A stretch of DNA of 64,000 nt from Euryarchaeota archaeon UBA130 (GCA_002505775.1 DAVY01000006.1:9318-73317); one strand, 5' to 3'; numbered from the stretch's first letter, positions 8,365 through 19,956 are shown. Made by a program: numbers and translations. The notes: a model not told the origin generated them from the sequence alone.

Positions 8365-11300
8365 ATGAAGGAAATTGTTGAGAGTTATTTCGCGCACAGA
8401 AGTATGGTAAACCATCAGCTTGCATCATATGACGATTGCATCCCAATCGGCGATGGTAAAGGAAGTAGGATGGAGAACATAGTCAAAGGAATTCGCATAG
8501 GAAGCGACGACGCATTAGTGGATGTTCCAGGAGGAGAAGACGCTGGGGGGATGATCAAACTGGACGTTCTCGACAAAGAAATCTATATTCGCATGAAGGG
8601 CATTAGACTAGGGGCTCCAACTGTCAGGGAAGCCAATGGCGCTGAGCACCCCGCTACGCCTTTGGAATGCCGACTTAGGAAGCTGACTTACTTCTCACCT
8701 ATCTACATGGACTTCAGGATATACAGAGATGATCTGCCCCCATCATCCACAGATTCCGACATCGGCTTTATTGAGGAAGAGGGAGTCCACATTGGAAACC
8801 TCCCAATTATGGTCAGATCAGGAAGGTGTAACCTACATCCAGATCACATCGCGGGAACTCAGGAGAAGTCGCTAAAACTCTCTCCCACCACATCCGCTGA
8901 AGATGCCCAAAGACACAAGGAGCTACTTAGGAAATCTGGTGAGGACCCACTCGACCCCGGTGGTTACTTCATCATTAACGGAACAGAAAGGGTACTCATC
9001 TCAATGGAAGACCTAGCTCCAAACAGAGTCACCGTAGAAAAGAACAAGAAATACGCCCATGAGACAGAGGTTGCCAAGATATTCTCACAGAAAGACGGCG
9101 TCAGGAAGCCTATCAATGTAGAAAAGAGACGCGATGGTATGCTAATGGTAAAAATCCCAAGCGCAGGTACTACTGCGATCCCAGTAGTCCTCCTAATGAG
9201 GGCCCTTGGGATGGAGAATGACAGGGATATCTTCTCTGCTATCGCAGGGCCAGTAGAGGCAATGAAGTACACAGTCGCCAACCTGAATGATGTCAAAGAC
9301 AACCCAGAATATGGAGTGGATAATACTGAGGAGGCAATAGCATGGCTTGAGAAGAAATTCGCGGCTGGCCAGCAGAAGGAATACAGGGAATCAAGGATTC
9401 AGAACCTCTTGGACAAGGAGCTACTGCCCCATCTCGGCTCAGACGAATCCGTGAGGACCAAGAAAGCAATCTTCCTTGGAAGGATTGTAAGGCAGGTTCT
9501 AGAGATGGCCATCACCAACAGAGACCCCAACGACAAGGATCATTATGCCAACAAGAGAGTAAGGCTCGCTGGAGACCTAATGGAAGACCTATTCAGAGTT
9601 GGTGTTCAGGGCCTTGCAAGAGATCTGAAGTACCAACTAGAGAGACATCACAACCGAAAGAGAGAACTCAAAATCAACTCATGCCTTAGGCCGGATGTTC
9701 TAACATCGAAAATTATGCATGCACTAGCCACAGGAAATTGGGTTGGAGGAAGATCCGGAGTTAGCCAACTCCTAGACAGGACTACTTATCTTGCTTCGCT
9801 CTCTCACATGAGAAGGGTTACCAGTCCCCTCGTTAGGAGCCAGCCACACTTCGAAGCCAGGGACTTGCACCCAACGCACTGGGGCAGACTTTGTCCAAAC
9901 GAGACTCCCGAAGGACAGAATTGCGGTCTTGTGAAAAATGCAGCGCAAATGATAGATGTTTCTGAGGAAGTTCCTGAAGACGACGTCAAGGAGTTACTAG
10001 TAGAAGCAGGAGTTAATCCCAATCCAGAAGGATGGGCAGATGGTACCAGAATTCACGTGAACGGGGATATCTTCGGCCTTCACAAGAGGCCCAACAAACT
10101 AGTTTCACAATTCAAGAGGAGAAGACGTTCGGGCAGAATTAGGCCCGAGGTAAGTATCCGTCATGATACTGAAAACAGAGACGTTTTCATCAATACGGAC
10201 AGAGGGAGAATAATGAGGCCTTTACTAGTTTTAGAAGATGGTACTCTGAACCTCGCAAAGTTCCACCTTGAAGCTTTGAAAACCGGTGAAATAACCTTCT
10301 CGGATCTTGTTTCATCAGGAGTCATAGAATGGGTAGACGCTGAAGAAGAAGAGGACTTACTAATAGCACCAAGGCCTTTCGACCTACCCGAGCTCTCTCC
10401 CAAGAACAAGAGGCCAATAGATCCGGCAAAGGTCGAATGGACAAATCTTGGAGATGAAGAAATTTCCAAAGCAAAGCTGAAAGTCGAAGTAAAGATGCCC
10501 GATGGGTCAACTGCCACTGAGAAGTTTTCAGTACCTTTGAACTACCATCAAAAGGAAATCGATGCCCTCCGTAAGAAAGAGAAAAAGGACAACACGGTCC
10601 TAGTGTACACTCACGTAGAGATAGACCCCCAGCTCATACTTGGCGTATGTGCTGCTTTAGTCCCATACCCAGAACACAACTCCACACCCCGTGTTACAGG
10701 AGGAACAGCCATGGTGAAGCAGAGTCTAGGCCTTCCAAGCGCAAATTATCGCTTGAGGCCAGATACAAGAGCCCACGTAATGCACTACCCCCAGATCTCA
10801 GTTGTAGGGACAAGGGCAATGGATACCACCAATTTCAACAGCAGGCCGGGTGGACAGAATTTTGTGGTTGCAATTATGAGCCATCACGGTTACAACATGC
10901 AAGATGCAGTCATAATGAACAAGGCCTCAGTTGAACGAGGCTTAGGAAGGTCATCATTTGTCAGGACTTACAATGCAGAAAACAGAAGGTTCCCTGGAGG
11001 ACAAGAAGAAAGAATCGAAGTCCCTGGTACCGGCCTAGATGAAGTCAAAGGAATGAAATCCTTCGATAGCTACGCTCATCTAGAAAGAGATGGCCTTCCA
11101 GTACCAGAAGAATTCCTATCGAGTGGAGGAGGTCCAGATTCCGCGGTTTTAGTCGGAAAAACCAGCCCTCCAAGATTTTTGGAAGAAGCACATGGGGCGT
11201 TCCTTCAAGCACAGGAAAGAAGAGAGTCTTCCATGATGGTCCGCCATGGTGAGGAGGGATGGGTCGACAACGTTTTCGTTACCGAGTCATTGGACTCGGG

Positions 11301-12090
11301 AAGGCTAGTAAGAATCACCCTCCGAACAAATAAGATCCCGGAATTGGGCGACAAATTTGCGAGTCGTCACGGTCAGAAAGGAATCATCGGCAGAATTGTC
11401 GAAGAAAGGGATATGCCCTTCACTGCGGATGGCGTCATCCCAGATCTAATCATTAACCCACATGCCATTCCCTCTAGAATGACTGTGGCTCACGTACTTG
11501 AGATGATTGGAGGAAAGGTTGGATCTCTTGAGGCCAGAAGGATAGATGGTACAGCATTTACCGGTGAAAAGGAGGACTCCCTGAGGGCCGGACTTCTGAG
11601 AAACGGTTTCAACCACACAGGAAGAGAGAACATGATTAGCGGAGAGACAGGTGAGCAATATCCAGCCGAAGTCTTCGTCGGGGTTATCTATTACCAGAGG
11701 CTCCACCACTTAGTCAGCAGTAAGTTACATGCCAGAAGCAGGGGAAGAGTACAGATTCTAACCAGGCAACCAACCGAAGGACGAGCGAGACAAGGAGGCC
11801 TCAGGTTCGGAGAGATGGAACGAGACTGTCTGATTTCCCATGGTGCATCCATGGTAATCAAGGATCGCCTACTCGATGAGTCGGATGGATGGCCACTAAT
11901 GGTTTGTAATACTCCCAGATGCGGGCACATCGCATACTATGATTGGAAGAGGAGGACAACGGTCTGCCCTTCGTGTGGCGACCGAGCCGATGTTCATTCG
12001 GTCCAAACGTCCTACGCATTCAAACTACTCCTAGATGAAATGAAAAGTCTTGGGGTAGCTATGAGACTAGAACTGGAGGACAGAAGATGA
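8365..12090 (+). CDS. rpoB: RNA polymerase subunit Rpo2 (B), unsplit
   Basis: GGYFIINGTERV, GDKFASRHGQKG, RQPTEGRARQGGLRFGEMERD, C-terminal Zn finger. Confidence 0.99.
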   Translation: MKEIVESYFAHRSMVNHQLASYDDCIPIGDGKGSRMENIVKGIRIGSDDALVDVPGGEDAGGMIKLDVLDKEIYIRMKGIRLGAPTVREANGAEHPATPLECRLRKLTYFSPIYMDFRIYRDDLPPSSTDSDIGFIEEEGVHIGNLPIMVRSGRCNLHPDHIAGTQEKSLKLSPTTSAEDAQRHKELLRKSGEDPLDPGGYFIINGTERVLISMEDLAPNRVTVEKNKKYAHETEVAKIFSQKDGVRKPINVEKRRDGMLMVKIPSAGTTAIPVVLLMRALGMENDRDIFSAIAGPVEAMKYTVANLNDVKDNPEYGVDNTEEAIAWLEKKFAAGQQKEYRESRIQNLLDKELLPHLGSDESVRTKKAIFLGRIVRQVLEMAITNRDPNDKDHYANKRVRLAGDLMEDLFRVGVQGLARDLKYQLERHHNRKRELKINSCLRPDVLTSKIMHALATGNWVGGRSGVSQLLDRTTYLASLSHMRRVTSPLVRSQPHFEARDLHPTHWGRLCPNETPEGQNCGLVKNAAQMIDVSEEVPEDDVKELLVEAGVNPNPEGWADGTRIHVNGDIFGLHKRPNKLVSQFKRRRRSGRIRPEVSIRHDTENRDVFINTDRGRIMRPLLVLEDGTLNLAKFHLEALKTGEITFSDLVSSGVIEWVDAEEEEDLLIAPRPFDLPELSPKNKRPIDPAKVEWTNLGDEEISKAKLKVEVKMPDGSTATEKFSVPLNYHQKEIDALRKKEKKDNTVLVYTHVEIDPQLILGVCAALVPYPEHNSTPRVTGGTAMVKQSLGLPSANYRLRPDTRAHVMHYPQISVVGTRAMDTTNFNSRPGGQNFVVAIMSHHGYNMQDAVIMNKASVERGLGRSSFVRTYNAENRRFPGGQEERIEVPGTGLDEVKGMKSFDSYAHLERDGLPVPEEFLSSGGGPDSAVLVGKTSPPRFLEEAHGAFLQAQERRESSMMVRHGEEGWVDNVFVTESLDSGRLVRITLRTNKIPELGDKFASRHGQKGIIGRIVEERDMPFTADGVIPDLIINPHAIPSRMTVAHVLEMIGGKVGSLEARRIDGTAFTGEKEDSLRAGLLRNGFNHTGRENMISGETGEQYPAEVFVGVIYYQRLHHLVSSKLHARSRGRVQILTRQPTEGRARQGGLRFGEMERDCLISHGASMVIKDRLLDESDGWPLMVCNTPRCGHIAYYDWKRRTTVCPSCGDRADVHSVQTSYAFKLLLDEMKSLGVAMRLELEDRR

Positions 12091-15000
12091 GTGCCAAAGA
12101 CGCAGCAAAGATTCCAAAGAGGATTGAGGCCATCAAATTCACATTGATGGACCCTAATGAGATTCGTAAAATGTCATCTGTAGAAGTTAAGACAGCTGAT
12201 ACTTACAAGGATGATGGTCACCCCTTCAAGCAAGGATTGATGGACCCGAAGATGGGAGTTATAGATCCAGGAGTCAGGTGCGAAACATGTGGAAACAAAC
12301 ACGATGAGTGCCCAAGCCATTTCGGACACATAGCGCTAGAGTTACCTGTTATGCACATCGGATTTACCAATTTGATCAAGACTGCCTTGAAGTGCACCTG
12401 CAACACTTGTAGCAAGATACTGTTGCATGACAAGCCAGACACGCATCCCGTGGATCCAGAGAAGTCAGAACAGGACTACTACAATGACAAGGTTAAGGAT
12501 GTAATGATAAAACATGGAGTCGGATCTACAGAATTTAAGAACACCATCAAGGACATCGAGAAGGAGTGCTCAAGCAAGAAGAGGACAATATGCATGCATT
12601 GCGGTAGCGAGCAGGGGAAAATAATCCTCGATAAACCCTCAACATTCAAGGAAAAGAAAGAGAACAAGGGCGAGCACAAGCTCAATGCTCGTGACATCAG
12701 GGAATGGCTAGAGAGAATCCCAGACGAGCACCTAATATTCCTTGGAATGGACAAGGATGCAGCAAGGCCAGAATGGACTATAATGAAAGTCCTTCCAGTT
12801 CCGCCAATTACTGTAAGGCCATCCATTACATTGGACAGCGGAGATAGGTCCGAAGATGATCTCACTCACAAATTAGTCGATGTATTGAGAATAAACCAGA
12901 GACTCAGAGAAAACAGGGACGCCGGAGCACCACAGTTGATAGTCGAAGACTTATGGGAACTCCTTCAGTATCACTGCACCACTTACTTTGATAATCAGAC
13001 TAGCGGAATACCTCCTGCCAGGCATAGGTCAGGAAGGCCCTTGAAAACACTCGCTCAAAGGCTGAAAGGAAAGGAAGGGAGATTCAGAAGTAACTTGTCG
13101 GGTAAGAGGGTTAACTTCTGCGCCAGAACTGTGATCAGCCCTGACCCCAATCTGGGAATCAACGAGGTTGGAATCCCGGTCCAAACTGCAAAAGAGCTAA
13201 CTGTTCCAATCAGGGTCACAAGTAGGAACAGAGAGCAACTGAGGCAGATGATTCTTAGGGGCCCAGATGTTCATCCCGGTGTTAATTACATAATTAGGGG
13301 AGATAGATTCAGAGTAAGAATTACCGATAGGACAAAGTACATATGGTCCGGTTTCAGATGCCTCAATCCCCAATGTCACTCAGGAAGCGAGGATGAACCA
13401 TACAGTGGATATAGGCCTGATTTGAATGAAGTTCTGCCTGCTCCAAACTTCCTGCCCGGACTGGTCCTGAAACCACAAAAGAGGAGAAATTCTTTTGGAG
13501 AACTCGAGGAAGAGTGGGGCGTAGACCTGGATGCTACATTGTCCAACCTTAGGGGTGAGGACGAGAGAGGCCTACCTCTCCCAGAAAATGATCCAAGAGC
13601 AGCAATTCACTACAGGTGGAAGTGGGAAATGGAGAATCCCACCGAGTATTTGCCAGATTATCTGGAGGTTAATTGTCCCCATTGTGGTAGTCCCGAGATA
13701 GAGGATGAATATGGAAACTCAGTGGGAACGGATATCGAAGACAGATTGAGCACATTCGATCTCGATGGAAATCCACGTCCCGGAGTTGTGGTAGAGAGAC
13801 ACCTAATTGATGGCGATGTCGCGCTATTCAACAGACAGCCCTCGCTTCATCGAATGTCCATGATGGTCCACGAGGTAAGGGTAATGCCAGGCAAGACCTT
13901 CAGATTCAATCTGGCTGATTGCACACCTTACAACGCTGATTTCGATGGAGATGAAATGAACCTCCACGTTATTCAAAGCGAGGAGGCTAGGGCCGAAGCT
14001 AAGATCTTGATGAGAGTTCAAGAGCACATAATCACACCGAGATATGGTGGCAGTGTAATTGGAGGTATACATGATCACATTTCCGGAGCATACTTGCTGA
14101 CGCACGGTGATAGGGTACTACCTAAGAATCTCGTAATGCAGGTGCTGGGGGACACCAACTGGGACGGAGAACTGCCTCCCGAGGTCGAGAAAGATGGAGT
14201 AATCGGCTACAGGGGCAGTGATGTTCTGAGTCTGATTGTCCCTGAAGGATTCAAGTTGGACTACATCAGTAGGATTGGCGACAATGTCAATGTTTCCAAA
14301 GGAGATGTATCAGGTACCATCGATAAGAGGGGAATTGGTGCAGAGGACGGAAGGCTTCTGGATGCTGTCGTCCACACACATGGACCAGAGGCGGGAGCTG
14401 AATTCCTGGATAGAATGACCAGGATGACTATCTCAATCTGCACTTCACTTGGATTTACAACTGGAATCGACGATGAGGACCTTCCTCCCGAGGCAAAGTC
14501 AGAGATCGCTAAAATAAACAAGCGGGGCAGTGATGCAGTCGATTTAGAGTTGGAGAAGTTCGGCAAAGATGGCAGAAGATACGAGACACGCCCAGGAAGG
14601 ACCCCCTTGGAAACTCTAGAGGAGAACATACTAATGATACTAGATGAAGCCAAGACCGAATCAGGTAATGTAGCCAAGTCGTTCCTAGGTTCAGATAACG
14701 CCGCGGTAATGATGGCTACCTCTGGGGCCAGAGGGTCGATGGACAATCTTGCCATGATGGCCGGTTCAATAGGCCAGCCCAAGGTTCGTGGTAAGAGACT
14801 CGAAAGAGGGTACCAAGACAGAGTATTGGCACACTTCCCAAGAAATGCAAAGGGAGCTCAAGAGAAAGGATTCGTAGGCTCTTCCTTCAAACGTGGCCTT
14901 GAGCCGACAGAATTCTTCATGCTTTCTGTTTCTGGACGCGAGTCATTAGTCGATACAGCGGTAAGAACCGCCAAGTCTGGATACATGCAAAGGAGATTGA

Positions 15001-15179
15001 TCAATGCCATGGACGACCTCAAAGTGGTAGACGATGGAATGGGCTCTGTCAGAAATACTGCTAACAGAATCATACAGTTCGAATACGGCGAAGATGGAGT
15101 CGACCCAGCTAGGAGTAGGGGAGGAAGGCCATTTGATGTGACAATGGTCTTAGATGACGCTCTTGGAGGTGAAAACTGA
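12087..15179 (+). CDS. rpoA1: RNA polymerase subunit Rpo1N (A')
   Basis: [11 protein letters not shown] catalytic motif, [25 protein letters not shown]. Confidence 0.99.
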   Translation: MSAKDAAKIPKRIEAIKFTLMDPNEIRKMSSVEVKTADTYKDDGHPFKQGLMDPKMGVIDPGVRCETCGNKHDECPSHFGHIALELPVMHIGFTNLIKTALKCTCNTCSKILLHDKPDTHPVDPEKSEQDYYNDKVKDVMIKHGVGSTEFKNTIKDIEKECSSKKRTICMHCGSEQGKIILDKPSTFKEKKENKGEHKLNARDIREWLERIPDEHLIFLGMDKDAARPEWTIMKVLPVPPITVRPSITLDSGDRSEDDLTHKLVDVLRINQRLRENRDAGAPQLIVEDLWELLQYHCTTYFDNQTSGIPPARHRSGRPLKTLAQRLKGKEGRFRSNLSGKRVNFCARTVISPDPNLGINEVGIPVQTAKELTVPIRVTSRNREQLRQMILRGPDVHPGVNYIIRGDRFRVRITDRTKYIWSGFRCLNPQCHSGSEDEPYSGYRPDLNEVLPAPNFLPGLVLKPQKRRNSFGELEEEWGVDLDATLSNLRGEDERGLPLPENDPRAAIHYRWKWEMENPTEYLPDYLEVNCPHCGSPEIEDEYGNSVGTDIEDRLSTFDLDGNPRPGVVVERHLIDGDVALFNRQPSLHRMSMMVHEVRVMPGKTFRFNLADCTPYNADFDGDEMNLHVIQSEEARAEAKILMRVQEHIITPRYGGSVIGGIHDHISGAYLLTHGDRVLPKNLVMQVLGDTNWDGELPPEVEKDGVIGYRGSDVLSLIVPEGFKLDYISRIGDNVNVSKGDVSGTIDKRGIGAEDGRLLDAVVHTHGPEAGAEFLDRMTRMTISICTSLGFTTGIDDEDLPPEAKSEIAKINKRGSDAVDLELEKFGKDGRRYETRPGRTPLETLEENILMILDEAKTESGNVAKSFLGSDNAAVMMATSGARGSMDNLAMMAGSIGQPKVRGKRLERGYQDRVLAHFPRNAKGAQEKGFVGSSFKRGLEPTEFFMLSVSGRESLVDTAVRTAKSGYMQRRLINAMDDLKVVDDGMGSVRNTANRIIQFEYGEDGVDPARSRGGRPFDVTMVLDDALGGEN

Positions 15180-16750
15180 TGGTCGTGAAGAGTGCAACCA
15201 AGAAAAAGCTCATGGATCTTCAGATCGATGAGGAATACGCCCATAAGCTGGCAGACGACAGGAAATGGGATGATGTCAAAATTCTGACTCCAGGTCAGAT
15301 TGCGCAAATTTGTGGCATTGACTCAGGTACCGCACAGAGAATTAGTGACCTAATGGCGGCCTCCTCCAAATCTGCTAGAAGCGCCGCCGCCTCTACAGAG
15401 AAGACTGTAGTTAGGAGGAAATCTGCGGCAGCAAGGAGAAGAAGGAAGTCGATGCTACCTCTTGAGGGATTCGACGACGAATTCAAGATGGGTCAGATAC
15501 TGAAAGATGTAGATCACAAAGATGACATCTATCAACAGCTACATTCAGCTTCTCTTAATGCTAATGTGAGCCTTACTCCAAGGATGCTCATGGACCTAAC
15601 GGAAGGAATAAGGGCCAGAGGAATCAAGAAAATCACACCTTCTAAAGCAAAGAAGGTGATCGAATCAGCCAAGACCTCATTGGTAATGTCCCGGGCCGAT
15701 CCCCATGAGGCCGTTGGAATCACTACAGCGCAGTCAATCGGTGAGCCTGGTACTCAAATGACGATGAGGACTTTCCACTATGCGGGTGTAGCTACAGTAA
15801 ACGTTACACAGGGTCTTCCAAGAATTATCGAGATTGTGGATGCCAGAAAGACACCGAATACGCCCACAATGAGGATATATCTCAACGAGAAGAACTCGAA
15901 AGGTAAACCTCTCAGAACAAATGAGAAGCTTGTGAGGGAGATAGCCGCTGGACTTGAAGCTACAACTACTAGTGACATTGCAAACATCGATGTTGAGGTC
16001 GCCCAGAGGTATCTAAGTTTGAAGTTGAATAAGTCAAATATGAGACTGAAAAATATGAGTGGTGCAGAGGTTCAAGATAAACTTAGCAGGGCTTTGAGGC
16101 TTTACATACAGGCCGATAATGATGACAAACCTTCAGAGTTGAAGATCATACCTGGCATTGCGAAGAAACAAGACCTTGAAACACTAGCCACGGACCCTCC
16201 TACGTACACAGACCTCCTCCAGCTTGAAGATAAAATCAAGAAACTACAGTTGAAGGGGATTAGAGGGATTATAAGAGCCAATGTGCAGGCAGGTGAGAAT
16301 GACGAGTACTACATCTCTACAATAGGGTCCAATCTTCCTAAGGTGAGCGAATTCGCCGGTATAGACAGATCAAGGACATATACCAATAATATCAATGAGA
16401 TTCAGTCATATCTGGGCATAGAGGCCGCCCGGCAGGCAATCATTAATGAGATGTCAGACACTCTTGAGGGGGCGGGTCTTGATGTTGATGTCAGGCATCT
16501 TATCACTGTGTCTGACGTTATGACGAGTAGTGGAGAAGTAAGGGCTATTGGAAGGCATGGTGTTAGCGGTACAAAGCACAGTATACTAGCCAGGTCCGCC
16601 TTCGAAGTAACTGTCTCTCACTTGCTAAGGGCAGGTATCATCGGAGAGAGAGACGAGTTGAGAGGGGTAACGGAAAATATCGTAGTCGGGCAGCCAATAG
16701 CTCTCGGTACGGGAAGCGTTGATTTGTTCTACATTCCAGATGAGGCATGA
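15179..16750 (+). CDS. rpoA2: RNA polymerase subunit Rpo1C (A'') with N-terminal extension
   Basis: [20 protein letters not shown] trigger loop, [17 protein letters not shown]. Confidence 0.99.
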   Translation: MVVKSATKKKLMDLQIDEEYAHKLADDRKWDDVKILTPGQIAQICGIDSGTAQRISDLMAASSKSARSAAASTEKTVVRRKSAAARRRRKSMLPLEGFDDEFKMGQILKDVDHKDDIYQQLHSASLNANVSLTPRMLMDLTEGIRARGIKKITPSKAKKVIESAKTSLVMSRADPHEAVGITTAQSIGEPGTQMTMRTFHYAGVATVNVTQGLPRIIEIVDARKTPNTPTMRIYLNEKNSKGKPLRTNEKLVREIAAGLEATTTSDIANIDVEVAQRYLSLKLNKSNMRLKNMSGAEVQDKLSRALRLYIQADNDDKPSELKIIPGIAKKQDLETLATDPPTYTDLLQLEDKIKKLQLKGIRGIIRANVQAGENDEYYISTIGSNLPKVSEFAGIDRSRTYTNNINEIQSYLGIEAARQAIINEMSDTLEGAGLDVDVRHLITVSDVMTSSGEVRAIGRHGVSGTKHSILARSAFEVTVSHLLRAGIIGERDELRGVTENIVVGQPIALGTGSVDLFYIPDEA

Positions 16751-16759
16751 GGTGAGAAA

Positions 16760-17056
16760 ATGGATCTAACGAGAAATCTAAAACAGGCATTGAGTACTGG
16801 AAAAGTAATATTCGGCCAAAGGGAGACGATGGGGGCATGCTCTAAAGGGGATGCTAGGCTTGTCCTAGTAGCCGCAAACTGTCCCGAGGCTTTCCTCTCG
16901 GATATCGTAGATTCTCACCCAGGCGTTCCAGTACACAGGGTTCAGATGGTTAACAGACAGTTAGGTGCAGCTTGCGCGAGGCCTTTCTCAATCAGCGCAC
17001 TCTGCATCATAGATCCAGGCCAGAGTGAATTGATGTCACTGCAACACAATATATGA
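16760..17056 (+). CDS. rpl30e: 50S ribosomal protein L30e (eL30)
   Basis: TGKVIFG, VAANCP, LGAACARPF, IIDPGQS; conserved position after rpoA2. Confidence 0.95.
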   Translation: MDLTRNLKQALSTGKVIFGQRETMGACSKGDARLVLVAANCPEAFLSDIVDSHPGVPVHRVQMVNRQLGAACARPFSISALCIIDPGQSELMSLQHNI

Positions 17057-17125
17057 TGCCGATTTGCTTGTTTGCCTATGGTTACAGCGCACGCTTCAAG
17101 TCAGGTGACTCCTTCAGAGTGATTC

Positions 17126-18067
17126 GTGGAAGATGCAGTAAGGCAACTACTAAGCGCGAGAGGAGTCCGACTCGATCCTTCTCCCGGTATTGTGTCTTCT
17201 CCAGGCTTTTCTCTGTTGGGAGTAGCCGAAAGAGTACCCGAATTTGGTGAAAGGGGGGGCAATCCAGTAAATGTCTGGCACTTGGAATCCAATTTATTAC
17301 CAGTAAGTATGGCCGAATTTGAAAGATGGGTCGTCGATGCTCCTCGAGGTAGGCATTGGATACTGAGCGAAAGGAAATTACCGGAAGAGTACACTTCCAT
17401 ATTGCCCCCTGGTCTGGAGATTGTAGTATGGGGGCCGAATGATATGTCAGTTTGGCTTGGAGAGGCTATTCTATCAGGTGAGCTAAAAGTCACTGCCCAA
17501 ATAACTAATCTAGATTCCACACACACAGCCAATACCGATAGAGAGGGCCAAAATCATGACATGGCGGGCTCAATTAAACCGATTGTCGAAATCGAATCCT
17601 GGCTCACACAGAAAGGCTACGAAGGGGCATTGACGTATCCAGTTCTCCTAAATTGCATCATATGGAAAGTAGAGGGTACTATAGTCTCCCCAGCCGGTGA
17701 GTCTGAAGATAAAAAATGGATGATTCTTGAAGACCCCTGGGCATCAACAATATCTATATTTGATGGTTTTGATAATTCATTCCACTCGCCAAGTTTGAGA
17801 GTATTAGATCCCCCCCCATCAAGGTGGAAAGGAACTGAACAGATAAAATCCCTTCTGCCATCAATATTAGATTCCAGAAGACAGGGTAAGACGGAAGATG
17901 CAGATGGTTCGGTTAGAAGTATAATGCTAGAATGGTGGAGATTGGAAGCTAGCTCTGCAATAATTTTACCAAGAAATATCGGAATACCAGCATGGGTGGT
18001 CAAACTTGAGGGTAGAGAGGATAAAATCCTTCACGGACTTAATGGCAGGACGTACCCAATCGTCTAA
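17126..18067 (+). CDS. Hypothetical protein
   Basis: 313-aa Trp-rich ORF filling the space between known genes; no motif recognised. Confidence 0.7.
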   Translation: MEDAVRQLLSARGVRLDPSPGIVSSPGFSLLGVAERVPEFGERGGNPVNVWHLESNLLPVSMAEFERWVVDAPRGRHWILSERKLPEEYTSILPPGLEIVVWGPNDMSVWLGEAILSGELKVTAQITNLDSTHTANTDREGQNHDMAGSIKPIVEIESWLTQKGYEGALTYPVLLNCIIWKVEGTIVSPAGESEDKKWMILEDPWASTISIFDGFDNSFHSPSLRVLDPPPSRWKGTEQIKSLLPSILDSRRQGKTEDADGSVRSIMLEWWRLEASSAIILPRNIGIPAWVVKLEGREDKILHGLNGRTYPIV

Positions 18068-18936
18068 TTTCTCTGTAACGACATCAGCTCTTCAGTTGAT
18101 AACGTGTCCCCAGACATCAACTTAGACATAAGATCGGAAACCTCAGTCTTATCCTCTGATTCTCCTACCTTCGTTCTTGATTCCATAGCCTTAACAATAT
18201 CCTGAATTGAGTGGATGCACCTTAGTGAAACTATGTACAAGCTATGTATTGAATCTGCTTCCTTTTTCGACTTAGTCAGTCCGGAGTGAGCGGAATTAGC
18301 TAACTCTCTAAGCCTATCCACTTCCTCTGAGAGCTCTACCATCAGATCATGGGCCTCTTGAGCCTCGACAACAGCTTTCTCAACCCTATTGTGAGCTTCT
18401 TCTTGTGTCCTTTCAGCATTACGGACTGCGGATTTTAGATCACTTAACTTACCGCCGTCTTTGTTGAAGGCCTTTGCCTCCTTCAACTCCTGACTAAGCC
18501 TTTTCATCTCCCTGAAGAAACCCTTCTCGCTAGCCCCAGTGAATCCACCTCTCTCGTATTTTCTTTCCAAAGCATCCATTTTTGCTCTAATTTTTGATGG
18601 AGGAGGACCAGATCTGCGCGTTGTGCTTTCACCATTTTCCTCAAGCCTCGAAAGTATCTCTCTCAACTCAGTCCTAATTTGCTTCAGCTCGTCGGATTTC
18701 TCTGCTCTATCAATTTTCAGCTCCTTGACCTTTGTATTCGCAACATCCCGAATGTCTTTCTGAGACCTGACCTCTGAAATCAGCTCCTTGACCTGACGAT
18801 TAACTTCATTCCGGGTATCTAGATATGCCCTGACCTTCGCATTCAGCTCATCTCTAAGCTCGCGCCTCTCTTCAAGACCAGACTCTAGAGCCTCCTTGAC
18901 GGGAGAAAATACTTTGTTGATCTCTTCAAGCTCCAA
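18064..18936 (-). CDS. Archaeal coiled-coil protein (COG1340-like), paralog 1
   Basis: RDELNAKV..RNEVN..RDVAN periodicity; C-terminal GDTLSTEELMSLQ. Confidence 0.85.
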   Translation of the reverse strand: MELEEINKVFSPVKEALESGLEERRELRDELNAKVRAYLDTRNEVNRQVKELISEVRSQKDIRDVANTKVKELKIDRAEKSDELKQIRTELREILSRLEENGESTTRRSGPPPSKIRAKMDALERKYERGGFTGASEKGFFREMKRLSQELKEAKAFNKDGGKLSDLKSAVRNAERTQEEAHNRVEKAVVEAQEAHDLMVELSEEVDRLRELANSAHSGLTKSKKEADSIHSLYIVSLRCIHSIQDIVKAMESRTKVGESEDKTEVSDLMSKLMSGDTLSTEELMSLQRN

Positions 18937-18987
18937 CTTCCTTCCTCCCTAATTACGAATCTGAACTGACATTTAAGCACATATATC

Positions 18988-19956
18988 TCAATCTTCCCTG
19001 TTTGTTGCAAGGTTTCCCTTTCTCGGCCCTCTCCGTGATACTCCAATCTTCCTCTTCTTTTTGGGTGTATCTGTTTTTCTCTCTATGGATTTAGCTCCAG
19101 AACTAGATTTACTGCCAGCTAGATCTGAAAGATTTCCAGAGCCCAATAAAGCGTCTAATTCAAGGGTGCTCAGAGATCCGCCTGTCTTCGCTTTCGCCTT
19201 AATTTCTGAGAATCTAACCTTTCTATTCCTTCCACCGGTCACCCTTTGGTATGACCTCACTCGAGAAAGCTCCTTCCGTAGAGATTTCCTTTCATTATCT
19301 ATGGACTCTATCCTTTTGTCGATTTTTGAAATCCTTTTACTGATTTTCCTGACTTCGCCCCTATTCGCTTTGCCCTCAACCCCCGCTTCTGAGTCTGCAC
19401 GTTCCTCCAGGCCTTTCCTTTCCTTTTTCCCCTCATCCAGTTTCGAAGTTATTTCCCTCATTTCCTTAGCTTTTACGACATATTCTGAATGTGCATTTTC
19501 CGACTCGGACTTTTTCGTTATCGAAGCCTGAATTTCAAAGAATCTTCTGAATGCTTCCAGTTCCCTCGGGAGCGTCGGGACTGCCGTTAGATCATTGTCT
19601 ATTGTAGTCAACCTTCTATACGTCTCGGAAAGCCACTCCTTCAGGACCTCCATAGGAGGAGGAATTAGTTTGTTAACCTCGTCCCTTCTCTTCCTATGTG
19701 TATCCGCAGATTTTCTGGTCTCGTGAAATTTTCTGAGCAGGTCCCTTCTTTCTGAGTCCGCCTCTTCCATTCCCCCCACAATATTTCTGAGAACCCTGAC
19801 CCTGTTAACTAAGTCCATCCTCTCGGCCCTAAGGTCCCTCCTCTCGCCTTCAAGTGACCCGAGCCCACGCTCAAGCTCGCTTCTGAGATCATGGACCTGA
19901 TTTCCATCAAGATTTTCTAAATCCTGAAAAGAGTTCGAATTAATCCCTTCACTCAT
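18988..19956 (-). CDS. Archaeal coiled-coil protein (COG1340-like), paralog 2
   Basis: Charged helical sequence, RDEVN, GGSLSTLELDALL, basic tail. Confidence 0.75.
   Translation of the reverse strand: MSEGINSNSFQDLENLDGNQVHDLRSELERGLGSLEGERRDLRAERMDLVNRVRVLRNIVGGMEEADSERRDLLRKFHETRKSADTHRKRRDEVNKLIPPPMEVLKEWLSETYRRLTTIDNDLTAVPTLPRELEAFRRFFEIQASITKKSESENAHSEYVVKAKEMREITSKLDEGKKERKGLEERADSEAGVEGKANRGEVRKISKRISKIDKRIESIDNERKSLRKELSRVRSYQRVTGGRNRKVRFSEIKAKAKTGGSLSTLELDALLGSGNLSDLAGSKSSSGAKSIERKTDTPKKKRKIGVSRRGPRKGNLATNRED

Noticed and set aside
13340-13780. Intein in rpoA1
   Set aside because: No Cys/Ser start with His-Asn end and no LAGLIDADG motif; looks like a stable domain insertion.
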